NCBI RefSeq assembly: GCF_006345805.1
Contig: NC_043004.1
Span: forward strand, 72,478,001 to 72,542,000
Origin: Octopus sinensis
Lineage: Eukaryota
DNA: 64,000 nt
Direction of reading: 5' to 3'
Shown piece by piece: positions 1 to 11,965 of the stretch (its first letter is position 1; the number at the start of each line of letters is the position of its first letter). The notes beneath the pieces are model-generated. The model searched no databases. It saw nothing but the letters and a program-made list of their open reading frames with translations, and was not told where the DNA came from. A program made the position numbers and the translations under genes.

Positions 1-392
1 TAATGCCGGGGTAACAATGAACATCTTGATCTGCTTTTTTCGGAGGCATTTTTTCAATTCCAGGTATAATAGGATGGAATCTGTTCATACAGCAAGGTTT
101 GAACGAATGAGTCATCTTGACAAACCTTAAATAATGCGGTGAGTGTTGTGTCCCTTGGTTCTTCTGCCAACAGAGAAGCATTAACGTCGGTGATGTACAC
201 CCAGTGACCCTTTTCCAGGTGAACTGATGGAAGGTGGGATGTCGCTTGTGAAGTGGAAAGCCAAAGATAACTTCGTTCCTACTTATGTACCGTCACACCT
301 GATAGTAAGTCCCCTTAACCCAGCAGCGTTCTTGTTGAAGGCCAAATATTGGTGTGTCGCAACCTTTGTTGACATACGTATAAACGTACTTG
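1..392 (-). mobile_element. Helitron Rep/helicase coding remnant (degenerate)
   Basis: Minus-strand translation, with frameshifts and stops, gives IKYVYTYVNKGCD..FGL, RYISRNE..IFGFPLHKRHP, VHLEKGHWVY and TTLTALFKVCQDDSFVQTLLYEQIPSYYTWN. These match the Helitron motifs KYICKYVNKGSD, RYISSNEA.WRIF.FPIH.R.P, VHLENGQRVYF and TTLTAFF.LC..D.FA.TLLY.E.P.YYTW. Confidence 0.85.
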
Positions 393-858
393 ATTTTGCT
401 TTGTCTATTTCTTTTACATTTAGTTTAATCCAGTATTTGCCATGAAAGGGGCTTTTTGCCATTGATTTATCATGGTCCGTTGTTCTTCTAGTTTTAGTTT
501 GCATTTCATGTGTTTTACCACTTTTGTTGTTTCTTCTTCCACATATTTGTTAGGTAGTATGACTTATTTGTCAGCTTCCTTAAATATGTAAACAGTTTTT
601 TTTTGTTCGTTTCCTGTGGCTATTTGCATTAGATTTCCTTGCTTCTGAAGTAGGTATTTTTGCCGTCCAATGGTGGTTATTTGTAATAGTTTTCTAGCTG
701 TATAAGGCCTCTACCACCTTCTATACGTTGTATATATAACCTTTCTCTGTCAGATTGTGGGTGGTGCATCCTAGAGCCTGGTATTATTTTTCTGGTATTC
801 CTGTCTATTTAGGTTAGTTCATTTAGTGCCCAGTTAAGGATATTGTAGCTATAGCTTA
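392..858 (-). mobile_element. R4/Dong-clade LINE internal fragment (diverged copy of ~1740-2230)
   Basis: Nucleotide match to the element at 939-3658 (HGKYW.KLN.KEIDK region). Bounded on the right by the (TTA)n tract. Confidence 0.85.
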
Positions 859-870
859 TTATTATTATTA

Positions 871-903
<33 letters not shown>

Positions 904-938
904 TATTATTATTATTATTATTATATTATTATTATTAT
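858..938. repeat. (TTA/TAA)n microsatellite
   Basis: Direct read. Abuts the 3' end of the Dong-like element. Confidence 0.95.
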
Positions 939-3658
939 CGTTCAGTAGTTTTATTTTTATAGCGTGCTTTCACTTCACTACCGAGCGCAGCTCTGTGTGC
1001 CTTGGGTATGTGCTGTGATTTGTTGTGATGCTCTGATGGTTATTGTATGGAAAGTGTTCTGCGTAGGATGTGTGCAGTGCCTAGTAGTGCAATTTTCTGT
1101 ATGTTATATGTGTTTGTAAGTCCTGGTGTTTTTGTTATGTATTTGTCTGAATATTTTTTTATCATGCCTAATGCACCTACTATGATAGGAATTGTTTCTG
1201 TTTTCAGATTCCACATTCTAGTTACCTCTATTTCCAGGTCTTTGTATTTTGAGAGTTTCTCCATTTCTTTTAGAGACACGTTGTCATCAGCCGGTATTGA
1301 TACATCAATTAGAAAGCATTTTTTTTCTTCATGATCTCTGACAACTATATCTGGTCTGTTGGCCTTAATTTCTCTATCTGTGTGTATCGGCATATCCCAG
1401 AGTATGGTTGCTTTCTCGTTTTCTGTGACCTTTTCTGGTGTGTGCCTATACCATCTTTTTTCTGTTGTTATTCCATAATGTTGGCATAGCTTCCAATGTA
1501 TGTAGGTTCCAACTCTGTCATGTCTGTGAATATATTCCTTCTTAGCCAAGACTGGGCAGCTAGAGATAATATGATTTATTGTTTCTTGTCCATCTCCACA
1601 TATTCTGCAGTTACTTGTAATATTTCTCTTCATTACATGTTTTTGGTAATTTCTGGTGGGGAGGCTTTGGTCTTGTGCTGCAATTAAAAATCCCTCTGTT
1701 TCTGCTTTGAGTCCTGAGCTTCTCAACCATTGCTGGGATTTTTCTTTGTCTATTTCTTTTGCGTTTAGTTTAGTCCAGTATTTACCATGAAGGGGCTTTT
1801 CTTGCCATCGTTTTATCATGGTTCGTTGCTGTTCTATTTTTAGTTTGCATTTCATTTGTTTTATAGCTTTTGTTGTTTCTTCATCTTCTTCTTCTTCATA
1901 TTTATTAGGTGGTATGATTTCTTGTTTGTATTTGTCAGCTTCCTTAAATACTGAGAACAGTTTTTTGTTTTGCTCTTGTTTTGCCGCTATCTGGATCAGG
2001 TTTCCTTCCTTCTGAAGTAGATATTTTTGCAGTCCTATGGTGGTTATTTTATAGTAGTTTTCCAGTTGTATAAGGCCTCTACCACCTTCTATACGTTGTA
2101 TATATAGTCTTTCTATGTCAGATTTTGGGTGATGCATCCTAGATCCTGTCATTATTTTTCTTGTTTTCCTATCTATTTTGGTCAGTTCATTTCGTGTCCA
2201 GTTAAGGATATTGTAGCTGTAACTTATAACTGGGACAGCTAAGTGTTGATACCTATTATCTTGTTTTTAGCATTGAACTCTGTGTTTAGTATTGATCTAA
2301 CTCGTCTATAATATTCCTTTTTTATTTTCTCTTTCATTTGTGTGTGTTGTGTCTTATCTAGTTCATGGATTCCTAAGTATTTGTAAGTTTGGCTTTGGTC
2401 TAATTCTTTTATTTCATTGGTTTTATCTAGTGTGATGTTGTTACTCTTAACTAGTTTTCCTCTTTTCAGGGTTACTTTGGCGCATTTTTCTAATCCAAAT
2501 TTCATATCTATTTCTTGGTAAATCCATGAACTGTCTTTAATAGTGTTTCCAGCTGTTTGTCATTTGCAGCGTATAGTTTTAGGTCATCCATATATAGAAG
2601 GTGGCTGATCGTTTTGCCGTAACATTTATATCCGCATCCAGTTCTATTTAGCATATCAGATAGAGGTGACAGTGCCAAGCAGAAAAGGAGTGGAGAGAGC
2701 GTGTCTCCCTGGAATATTCCTCTTCTAATGGGGATGTATTTGGTTTTCATGAGTCCCTCTTTTGTTTGGAGGTGTAGGACTGTTTGCCATTTATTCATAG
2801 AGTGCTCTATGAATTTTATGATTGTTGGTGCTACTTTGTTAATGGCTAGTGTTTCGAGGATCCATGTGTGGGGGATGCTATCAAACGCCTTTTTGTAGTC
2901 AATCCAGGCCATACTGAGGCTTTTCTTCTTTCTGTGGCTGTCTTCAGTTATGGCTTTATTAATCATTAGTTGATCTTTACAGTCATATGAGCCTTTGCGG
3001 CATCCTTTCTGCTCTTCTGGGAACAGTTTGTTTTCGTCCAGGTGCTTGTTCAGCCTTTGTGATATCACTGCAGTAAATGCCTTGAACATAGTAGGGAGGC
3101 AGGTTATTGGTCTGTAGTTTTCTGGTTTTTCTGTTTCATTTGATTTGGGAATTAAGATGGTTTTCCCCTTCGTGAGCCATTCAGACATTGTCTCTGGCTC
3201 TGCTAGTACGTTGTTAAAGTTTTCAGCCAGCTTTTTGTGCATTCCTGTTAGATATTTCAACCAGAAGTTGGGGATCTTGTCATGCCCAGGTGCCTTCCAG
3301 TTGCTTAGTCTTTGCAGTGCCTGGGTGACCTCTTCAGTTGTTATGGGGGTCCAAAGTTGTTCAGATGCCGAGTTTGTTATTCTGATACTCCTTTTTTTTG
3401 GTGGTTCGTTCGCCGACCATATTTCTCCCCAGAATTCTTCCAATCCTTCTGCCGTTGGTGCTGCAGTGACTTCTATTTTATTTTTTTCCAGTTCTTGGTA
3501 GAACTTTTTGGGGTTAGAGTTGATCTTTTTGTTTTCTTCAAAGAAGCGTTGTCGTTTCTTGTACCGGCGGATCCTTTGTGCTTTGGCAAGGATATCTTGC
3601 TTCAGCTTTTCTTTTATTTCAGGCAAATCATTCTCTGTGATGTTATATTTGCGGAGTA
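939..3658 (-). mobile_element. R4/Dong-clade non-LTR retrotransposon, 5'-truncated, two frameshifts
   Basis: ORFs 2508-3626 (NWKAPGHD, NYRPITCLP, WIDYKKAFDSIPH, RGIFQGDTLSPLLF, LLYMDDLKLYA), 2239-2505 and 1040-2152 (CCHC finger CRICGDGQETINHIISSC; RLE nuclease RPDIVV..LIDVSIP..K.SKY). Short 3' UTR. (TAA)n on both flanks. Confidence 0.95.
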
Positions 3659-3759
3659 TTATTATTATTATTATTATTTATTATTATTATTATTATTATT
3701 ATTTATTATTATTATTATATTATTATTATTATTATTATATCAGTATTATTATTATTATT
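3659..3759. repeat. (TTA/TAA)n microsatellite
   Basis: Direct read. Flanks the 5' truncation of the Dong-like element. Confidence 0.95.
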
Positions 3760-4497
3760 CTGTAGATTGAAGCCCCATTAGCAGTAAAAGAGTTCAATCT
3801 CTTCGTCAACTTTTTTTAAACATTTTCTGCACTGCGCTGCTAGGATTTCCGTTTAGCAACACAATCTGCTTTTCAAGAGGTGCATTTCAATATCTTTAAA
3901 CTTCTTTCAACTTTCGGTGAAAGCAAATATTTTGAAAGATGGCAATGAAAGAAGTAACATGAAAAGAAAGACAACACTAGCCTACCGCTGACAATAGTAA
4001 ACGACGTCACCGCCACCTCAGCAAAACCAAGCACTGACTGGTGAACAAGGCATCAAGTGAACAACAACAACAGCAACAACAAGACCATAAAAAACTAAAT
4101 ATATCTAAACAATGTAAATGAAAGTGAGTAATTAAAATAGAAAATGTTGTAACTAGCGTGAACACCAGTGCCGCCTCCGTCGAAGCCACTACCATGGGCT
4201 CTACCATAGAGGCTAGAGTGACTACATCCAAAAGAGATAATGGAAAGGGGATTCGTTTTGCGCTCGCTGCAACAAATCGGAAAGGTTTCCTTCTGGATGA
4301 TGAGTTACAACGGGCCGGACGATGTGTGGAATAAAAAAGAAAAACATGCAAGGAGTGTAGCCCTCAAACAACCAACCAAGTTGATGGGAGTAAAATAGCG
4401 CCGGGTTTAGAAATGCTACTGAGATTCAGATTCCAAACTTCCTAGGGAGCATGTGGGTGGCTAAAACACACATGAACTCGAGGCTAGATAGGAAGAT

Positions 4498-4499
4498 AA

Positions 4500-4545
<46 letters not shown>

Positions 4546-4566
4546 GGTTGGATGGGTGGATGGACG

Positions 4567-4616
<50 letters not shown>

Positions 4617-4622
4617 AGAGAG
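4498..4622. repeat. (TAGA)n, (TGGA)n and (GA)n compound microsatellite
   Basis: Direct read. Confidence 0.95.
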
Positions 4623-5759
4623 GGATAACTTTCTTTATCGGCCACGCAGGGCTGAATACAAAGGGGACAAGTACATATGTAGAGCTTTTCTTTTCGAAGA
4701 GGGAAAATGAAAAAAAGGAACAAAAAAGGAAACAAATGTAAAATTTCGATCAAAAGGGATCGGTGAAAGCGATCAAAAGGGATCGTGTATCACAGAAGCA
4801 CATTTTTTTTAACAGTAAGAAACAATATTAGGTTCAGAATAAAAGTAAAGTTAGTTCTACTGACTGGTGAAACCAGCTTATCTGTTTGCACTGGTTTCGA
4901 TAAAGATGATATGGTCATAAAATAATATCGTGAAATATTTTCCACAGACGTAAAGATAGGTGAACAACATTAACTTACCTTAGAAGTTGCCGTCAAAATA
5001 TTTCTCTTTTCTTAAATGCGTTCTTAAACTAAGAGGTATTATGAAGTTGCTTTCTTCTCTCTTCTCAGAGTGCTTTGCAATTTAGATGATAAGTAAATGA
5101 TGAACTTTACTATTTGCTTCAGTACAATTTTAATAAATCTCTACTTCTACCCATTGATCATCACAATCAATTTGATACGGTTGGTGAACGAAAGAGGGTT
5201 ATTTTAAAATCGCAATATATTGACAGTTTAATGTATAACAGCTTTCTGTTGCTTTGGATATATAACACTGGATATATTCGCATTTTAATTATGGTTCAAA
5301 CCACTTTACAGTATTTATTTTAATACTGAACTATGCGTATGTCTCTCGCCAACGTCACATTTTGAATGCCAGATTTGGCTTCTATCGGTTAAGTTGTTAA
5401 TAATATATTTATTTTGATTCGATACATATTGATCTAACTACAAAATTTAAACATGTTAGAAAATGAAATAATCATGAAAACGCATTAACAATTATCCAAC
5501 AGGTTGTAACGAATTGGTCAAATGCATATACAGTGTGTAAATAAATGTTTGGCAATATATTGTTTCCAAGAACTGAAAACATTCAGAAGCTTCCTTCTGA
5601 TGACCAGGTACCATTTACTTTCCTATAAAGGCAGCCTGCTCATCAGAAGAAGTGAACATCCTGTCTGATGGCGAATCGTATCATACACAGAAAGGAGCAC
5701 AGAAATAAGCAGGGAGAGAAAATAGAAAAAGGTTAAGTGGCTAGCGATCTATCATGAAA

Positions 5760-5815
<56 letters not shown>

Positions 5816-5844
5816 ATATATGAGTGTGTGTGTGTGTGTGTGTA

Positions 5845-6538
5845 AAGTAGTACCAGAAAAGGAGGAATTTCGATTATCCCCACGTGGTGAGTTGTAATAT
5901 ATATAAGAGATTAAAAAAGGAAAATACACACACTTTATGTAGTTTTAACATAATTTTAAATATATCGACCGGTTTCGCTTTTGCTATTCATGATTTTATG
6001 GTTTACTTATTTGAATATGTATTTTCTTAAGAAAAAAGTTTTGTCCATTTTATGTGTGATGATATTACGAGTGAATGACTTCACAAGTAGAAAAATAAGG
6101 GGAGATAATTGGATATTGTTATTATTGTTGTTGTTGTTGTAGGCAAGGGAGATAGCTGTTCAGCTTTCCGTAAGGGGAGTGGAATATATATGTACACACA
6201 AAAAATAGGGTTGTTTAGTGAGGGGATTTATGTACAGTGATGTAATCGTGAATCAAAATATGCAATAAGATAAAAGTTGGTTATGCGTGCATATTAGGAC
6301 GTGTTCCGTATTTCTCAATGAAAAAAGTTTCTTTATTTGAATGTTCTTGTGGAGAGATTGTGTCTTTGCACTGGTCGAAGGGGGAGGCTGTGAAATTTGG
6401 TTTGATATTATCTGCACATTTTTCTATATGTTCAGTGAGAGGAATTTGCCTGTATTGCGGGAAACAGATTTGCTGTTTATGTAGAGTAGTTCTCCTCCTC
6501 ATGGTCATACTCGTCTGCACAATATAGTTGTGTCTGCA
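5845..6538 (-). mobile_element. PLE inverted 3' segment (GIY-YIG C-terminus, stop at 6281, 3' UTR/pseudo-LTR)
   Basis: ORF 6281-6607(-) contains HNYIVQTSMTMRRRTTLHKQQI..P.YRQIPLTEHIEKC..N.KPNF...PF..C.....ETFFIEKY, the second half of a PLE GIY-YIG domain. Confidence 0.8.
5961..5997 (-). ncRNA. Minimal type I hammerhead ribozyme, A3-U8 core variant
   Basis: Minus strand reads aaaATC-ATGAATA-GC AAAA GC-GAAA-CCGG-TC-GATata. Stem I is ATC/GAT, stem II is 2 bp, stem III is the palindrome ACCGGT, and the cleavage triplet is GUC. Located ~290 nt downstream of the PLE stop codon. Confidence 0.6.
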
Positions 6539-6549
6539 AAAAAAAAAAA

Positions 6550-7759
6550 CAATTAATGAAGACCCAATTAATGAAGAGGCAATATTGTTTACACACGATG
6601 TTATCAATCTTCACACCATCCCACATGACTATGGCATAAAAGCAACTAAATTCAGGTTGGAAACATGCCCCGAAATTCTCCCGGAACGCATAAATCAGAT
6701 CTTTATTATTGAATCTCTAAAATTTATACTTCAGAATAATTATTTCCTATTTGATAACATAGACTATCGTCAAATTTGCGGAACTGTAATGGGAACGAAA
6801 GCATCCCTGTTCTTGCGAATCCAATAATTAGTTATTTTGAATTCACCGTATATGAAGTATCAGAAATATCGTTAGCCATTTTAATTTTACTTATAGAAAA
6901 TTGGAAAAGATACCTGGATGACTGTTTTATCATTTGGAAGGAGAACATCGACAAACTTTTGGATTTGAAATCAACACTAAATGAATACAAGCATTTTTAG
7001 ATATCATGATAATAAAAGTCAACAATCAAATCATAACTGACATTTATTATAAACCAACTGACTCAAAACAATAACTCCTCTTTAGCTCTTGCCACCCGAA
7101 ACACATCAAAATAAATATCCCTTTAAATTTGGCAAAAAAGATTTGCACAATAGTGTCTGATAGAACAACTCGGGATCTTCGTCTTCAAGATCTCAAAACA
7201 ACGCATACTGAAAGACAATATCCACCCTCACTTATAGATGATGGAATTGAATGTGCCAAAAACTTAGACATAAAACACTAAGAACAACAAAACATCACAT
7301 CACACCACATCTCAAAACATTACTATTTATATCAACACACAACCTCAGAGATTGTGAGGCATTCAGCACTATTGTGCAAAATCTTCCTTTACTAAACAGA
7401 GATTAAAAAATCAACGACACCCTGAAATTCATCAAATGCAAAAAGCAACACAAATCGCATCGCTACAGAGACTACTAACAAATACGAAGCTTTACAAAAC
7501 CACCACGAAACCAACGGTTAAAAGATGTGGACCCAAAAACTGTGGAACCTGCCCCAACGTAGATGAAGGTTGGATTTCATTTTCAAACAAGGACAGAGAT
7601 TCACAATTAAAACTAGTTTCACTTGTACATCTGAGAACCTAATTTACGTAATAACCTACTCGGGTTGTGGACACAACTATATTGGACGGACAGCCGAGTA
7701 TGACCTTCAAAAGACGAACCACTCTACATAAAGAGCAAATCCGTTATATAATTTCTGAT
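6550..7759 (+). mobile_element. PLE, degenerate RT to GIY-YIG N-half
   Basis: Translations include YRQICGTVMGTK, WKRYLDDCFIIW, YYKPTDSK, CHPKH, CG..NC.TC and NLIYVI...GCGHNYIG. Ends in (AT)n. Confidence 0.9.
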
Positions 7760-7772
7760 AAATATATATATA

Positions 7773-7809
<37 letters not shown>

Positions 7810-8129
7810 ACATATATATATATATATATATACTTACACACACACACACACCACACACACATATATATAGATATATACTTAGCCATATATATATATATAT
7901 GAAATTCAGACATGTTAGTATTTGTAGGTATCTGATGGACGCTTATAATGTATATAAGTATGTGTCTAAGCACATAATTATGCATCGAGCGTTATGTATA
8001 TGTATACTATTTAAGTTTCCATGTTTCTACAGCAGTCTATATACTTATGTATGTATGTCAGTACGTTTGCATGTATCTAAGTGTGCCTCTGTATGTATTA
8101 TGTCTGTCTGTCTGTCTGTCTGTCTGTAT

Positions 8130-8760
8130 GTATGTATGTATGACACCTGCATCCTCGTTACACGAGAAAAACCATTGCCAAGAAGAATTTCTGAAATAAT
8201 TCATGTTTGTTATCATGCAATACCCTTATATGATTTTGAAGCCCGGCGAAGCTTTTACACATTTTATTACATAATAGATAATCGTGCTGGTGTGCAGGAA
8301 AATTAGGTGCCACCCTATGCACTGTCTTAACATGTATTAGTAGACCTCTAACTGAAAAGCACACCCTTCCACATCACATTCTACACATGTTCTGTTATGA
8401 ATTTTAATATATATATATATATATCACACAGCTTCATCCTCCTTACACGAGAAAAGTCATTGCCAAGAAAGGTCATTGAATGATTCATGAGTGTTGTTAT
8501 GTGATGCCCTTACATAACTTTTAAGCCCGCCAAGCTTTTACACATTTTATTACTTACTAGACAACTGTTGTCCTGGCTGACAGGAAAAACAGGTGGCACA
8601 ATATGCACTCTCTTAACATGCTTTTTAGACCTCCAAATGAGAGGCATACCCTTCCGCATTTTACACAATTTCTGTTAGGAATTCTAATAGTAGTCAACGG
8701 CCATTCAACTACGTATGTTTGTGTGTGTTTATTGCATATATTGCATTTTAAGTACTGTAT
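8130..8760 (-). mobile_element. Two tandem ~290-bp LINE 3'-end units (RTE-like) encoding C2H2-like fingers
   Basis: Minus translations CVKCGRVCLSFGGLKS, MCFSVRGLLIHVKTVH and LCNKMCKSFAGLQNHIRVLH. The left unit ends in (TACA)n. RTE assignment is inferred from the C-terminal CxxC..S..GL..H pattern. Confidence 0.55.
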
Positions 8761-8806
8761 TTCAGTATGTGTATGTACATATTGTATATTGTGTATATAC
8801 AATATG

Positions 8807-8837
<31 letters not shown>

Positions 8838-9149
8838 GATGATAACAATAGTAATAATAATAATAATAAAAAATATTTTTAGTTATTATATATTGCATAT
8901 ATTTTATATATTGTATATATTGTTATTGTTTATTCATTTTACTTTTTGTGATCTAGTTCTATATTTTATTTTTTCTTTATGATTTGTTCATGTCTATCAT
9001 TGTTTGAATTACATAGTGTTTTTTTCTAATTTATATATATATATGTGTGTGTGTGTGTATATAAATGTGTATATATGTGTGTGTGTGTATATAATGTGTA
9101 TATATATATGTATGTATGTATATATATATATATTATATATATATGTATG

Positions 9150-9213
<64 letters not shown>

Positions 9214-9987
9214 ATATATATGTATATATATACATAACAAAGTAAGGTTTGAAGGTACCGCAGGAGTGATAATATATAGGGAGGAGTATTTAAAATGCAG
9301 AGGTCTTTTAAATATGTTTATTATCTTGACTGGTTTCAAATGTTTTTAAAAAAGACTTTCAAAAGTGAAGTGTAAGGCTTTGTGTAGCCTTTGCAGTGTT
9401 AAAAATAGTTAATATTGATGTATTAAAACACAGTGATAGTCTTTGACTATGACAAGAAAGTGTCAGGCAGGGCTTTGTGGTTAAACAGTCCGCATAAAAG
9501 TGTCCAAAATAGGCAGTGAAATAAATTCATAATTATTACTAAGTTAATGAAAAATTATGATTGTTTATAATTATATGTGCAGAAAGCATATGTAGATAGT
9601 ATTTGATATGCGAAAGCGTGTATTACCTAGTGAAAAATACATCAGAAATCATATTGAAATATTTATACAGAATTTTAGGGAACTAATCAAACATTTTTCT
9701 TCCTCTCCTGTCATGTATGCGTGTTTGGCAAGGATAGTTACCATTTTAAGAAATAGTGTGGAAGGTTCGTTGGGAGGGGGAAAGCATTGGCATGATCTGA
9801 TTTCGAATAATTTGTGGAAAAATAGTTCATTATTTCCGAGCTAGTCTGTCATGGTTCGTTGGTTTTGGACTGGTCTTAGAGTTCAGTGTAGTGTGTTTAT
9901 GGGTCCGTGTTTGTATTTCATATTAAGCAGTGTGTATGTATCTATGTGTGTGCATATATATATGTGTGCGTGTGTGTGAGTGTGTGT

Positions 9988-10295
9988 GGAGGTGCAATGG
10001 CCCAGTGGTTAGGGCAGCGGACTCGCGGTTGTAAGATCGAGGTTTCGATTCCCAGACCGGGCCTTGTGAGCGTTTATTGAGCGAAAACGCATAAAGCTCT
10101 ACGAGGCTCCGGCAAGGAGTGGGTGAACCCTGCTGTAGTCTTTCGCCACAACTTTCTCTAACTCTTGCATCTGTTGGCCTACTCGCTTAGCCAGTGGGGT
10201 GGCGTAATTTGAAGGCTAAAACAATGTGAAGCGCAATGTGACAAGCGATGTGTAGTAACATCTGATAGCCTGGTCGGTCACGGTGATGACGGCGA
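9988..10295 (+). mobile_element. tRNA-derived SINE (cephalopod OR/Ceph-type)
   Basis: tRNA-like head TGGCCCAGTGGTTAGGGCAGCGG...GGTTTCGATTCCC (A and B boxes). Head and core are shared with the copy at 50420. Confidence 0.85.
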
Positions 10296-10315
10296 TATAT
10301 GTATATATATATGTA

Positions 10316-10354
<39 letters not shown>

Positions 10355-10624
10355 TACACATATATATATATATGCATAAACATTTGCGTATTTATTTGAA
10401 TGTATGCCTATATATATATATTATAATACTAAAATGTAAAAATGATTAATGATTTTACCACGGAAATATAATTTTGATGGGTAAACTTTACAAATGTTAA
10501 ACAAGGGATTGGCTATAATCCTGTCCACGCTATAGAAAGTAGAAGCGAAAAGACGCTAATAGCACTTTAAAAACTCCGAAAAATAGAAATAAGACACTGG
10601 CTGCAGTCGAGCAAAGAAAAATAA

Positions 10625-10666
<42 letters not shown>

Positions 10667-10949
10667 TACATATACATATATATATATTTTTGTTTTTCAT
10701 GCATACATATACACTTATACATATATGTACATGGATAGATCTAGATGGCATGATCATATGTCAAATACAGGGTATTCAAATATGGTTCCTCTAGTTCATG
10801 TGCATAAAATAATTGTGCTACCATGTATATATCAAGTTATGTATTATCTTGATTGTAGTGTATAAATGTGTGTTTAGCTACGTGTAGGCATCCGGGTAAA
10901 TGTTGAGTGACTTTATTTATAATACGCGCCTTTGTCAACATTATCGAGA

Positions 10950-11965
10950 GTGACACCTCGGAGCATAATTGGCATTTGCGGGATATAATGTTGTAGGGAC
11001 TCGCATGTCTAACTATGGATCATGTATGGTTGTCTTTGCTTCCTTAAATTGCCAGATAAAATCGGCCAGTTATGTTAAAATCGGCCAGTTATGATAAAAT
11101 CGGCCAGTTACATGTCGTTTGAGGATATTTCGAAATCTGGCCATGTATTTGCGGTATCGACTTTTGAAAAACTCAGCTGCTACCCCCATATATATGTAGG
11201 GGCCTCTTCGAATGTTTATAGTGCACTTATATACGCCGTTCTTAGTCATATATTGGTTATCCAAAGGGCAATTGAATTTATCTCTGCATGAGAATAACGG
11301 CTTGATTTTGGTGGTTTGTGCACATCGAGCGCGGGAGTGATTGGTGCTGTTCGGTATTTTGGTTGTTACTATAATCATTTTATTATCATTAGGTGTTCTC
11401 AGTTACTTATTTGATTTGTTGCTTGTATTGTTTTTAAGATGGTTATCTTGGAAAATTAAGTATTGTTCTGTTGATTGGTAGTATAAACGTTGTTTTTACG
11501 TTAGTCGTATGAGTTATGGTTAATGTCAAGAAGGTTATTTTGAGTGCTAACTACCCTCCGTCTCAGTTTACCGCTGTTAATCCTATGGACATGGTGCTTT
11601 AAGTTTGATGAATTTGCATAGGATAGTTTTATAGGATGACGGTTAAATATTTTGCTGTACACTCCATTTTTAGGGAAGCAGCGATCCAGAGTGGTCAGAA
11701 ATTGTTTCGCGATATTGGATGAGATGTTCCAGATTGGGTTATACCAAATGACGTCATGGTTTTATATTTTCGGTTAGGTCTGTTTGTTTTGGGTGCTTGG
11801 AGCGAAAATTAAATTTTGTGGCGGTAGTTATTCAATTTGTCTTTTATAAGTTTTCTTTAATTCATGGTTGATTCTAGTGTGTCTGTGCTTGGTTAGATTT
11901 AAGCTATCGTTTGGGCTACTGTTATCAGGGTTTCGATATTGTTTTTGTAGGGATTGAATATAAGC
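10950..11965 (-). mobile_element. PLE (second lineage), RT C-terminal/linker + GIY-YIG, degenerate
   Basis: Translations VIWYNPIW..NIAKQFL..LDRCFPK....KIFNRH.IKLSY and CRDKFNCPLD....KNGVYKCT....YIYMG.....FKSRY. Contains a 19-bp triplication at 11056-11110. Confidence 0.8.

Noticed and set aside
4747-4785. 16-bp direct repeat CGATCAAAAGGGATCG (similar local duplications at 23275-23300 and 34711-34748)
   Set aside because: Ordinary short slippage duplications with no enclosed element.
5595-5648. Inverted repeat TTCTGATGA(C/G)CAGG containing CTGATGA on both strands, tested as a hammerhead or C/D snoRNA
   Set aside because: No closing stem II before a GAAA, no stem I complement and no box C/D arrangement. 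It is only a 14-bp hairpin.
9240-9940. Possible degenerate retroelement coding sequence
   Set aside because: No convincing conserved motif in any frame.
9988-10065. tRNA-like sequence (also 50420, 52165 and 13910)
   Set aside because: These are SINE heads continuing into SINE cores and tails, not cloverleaf-complete tRNA genes.
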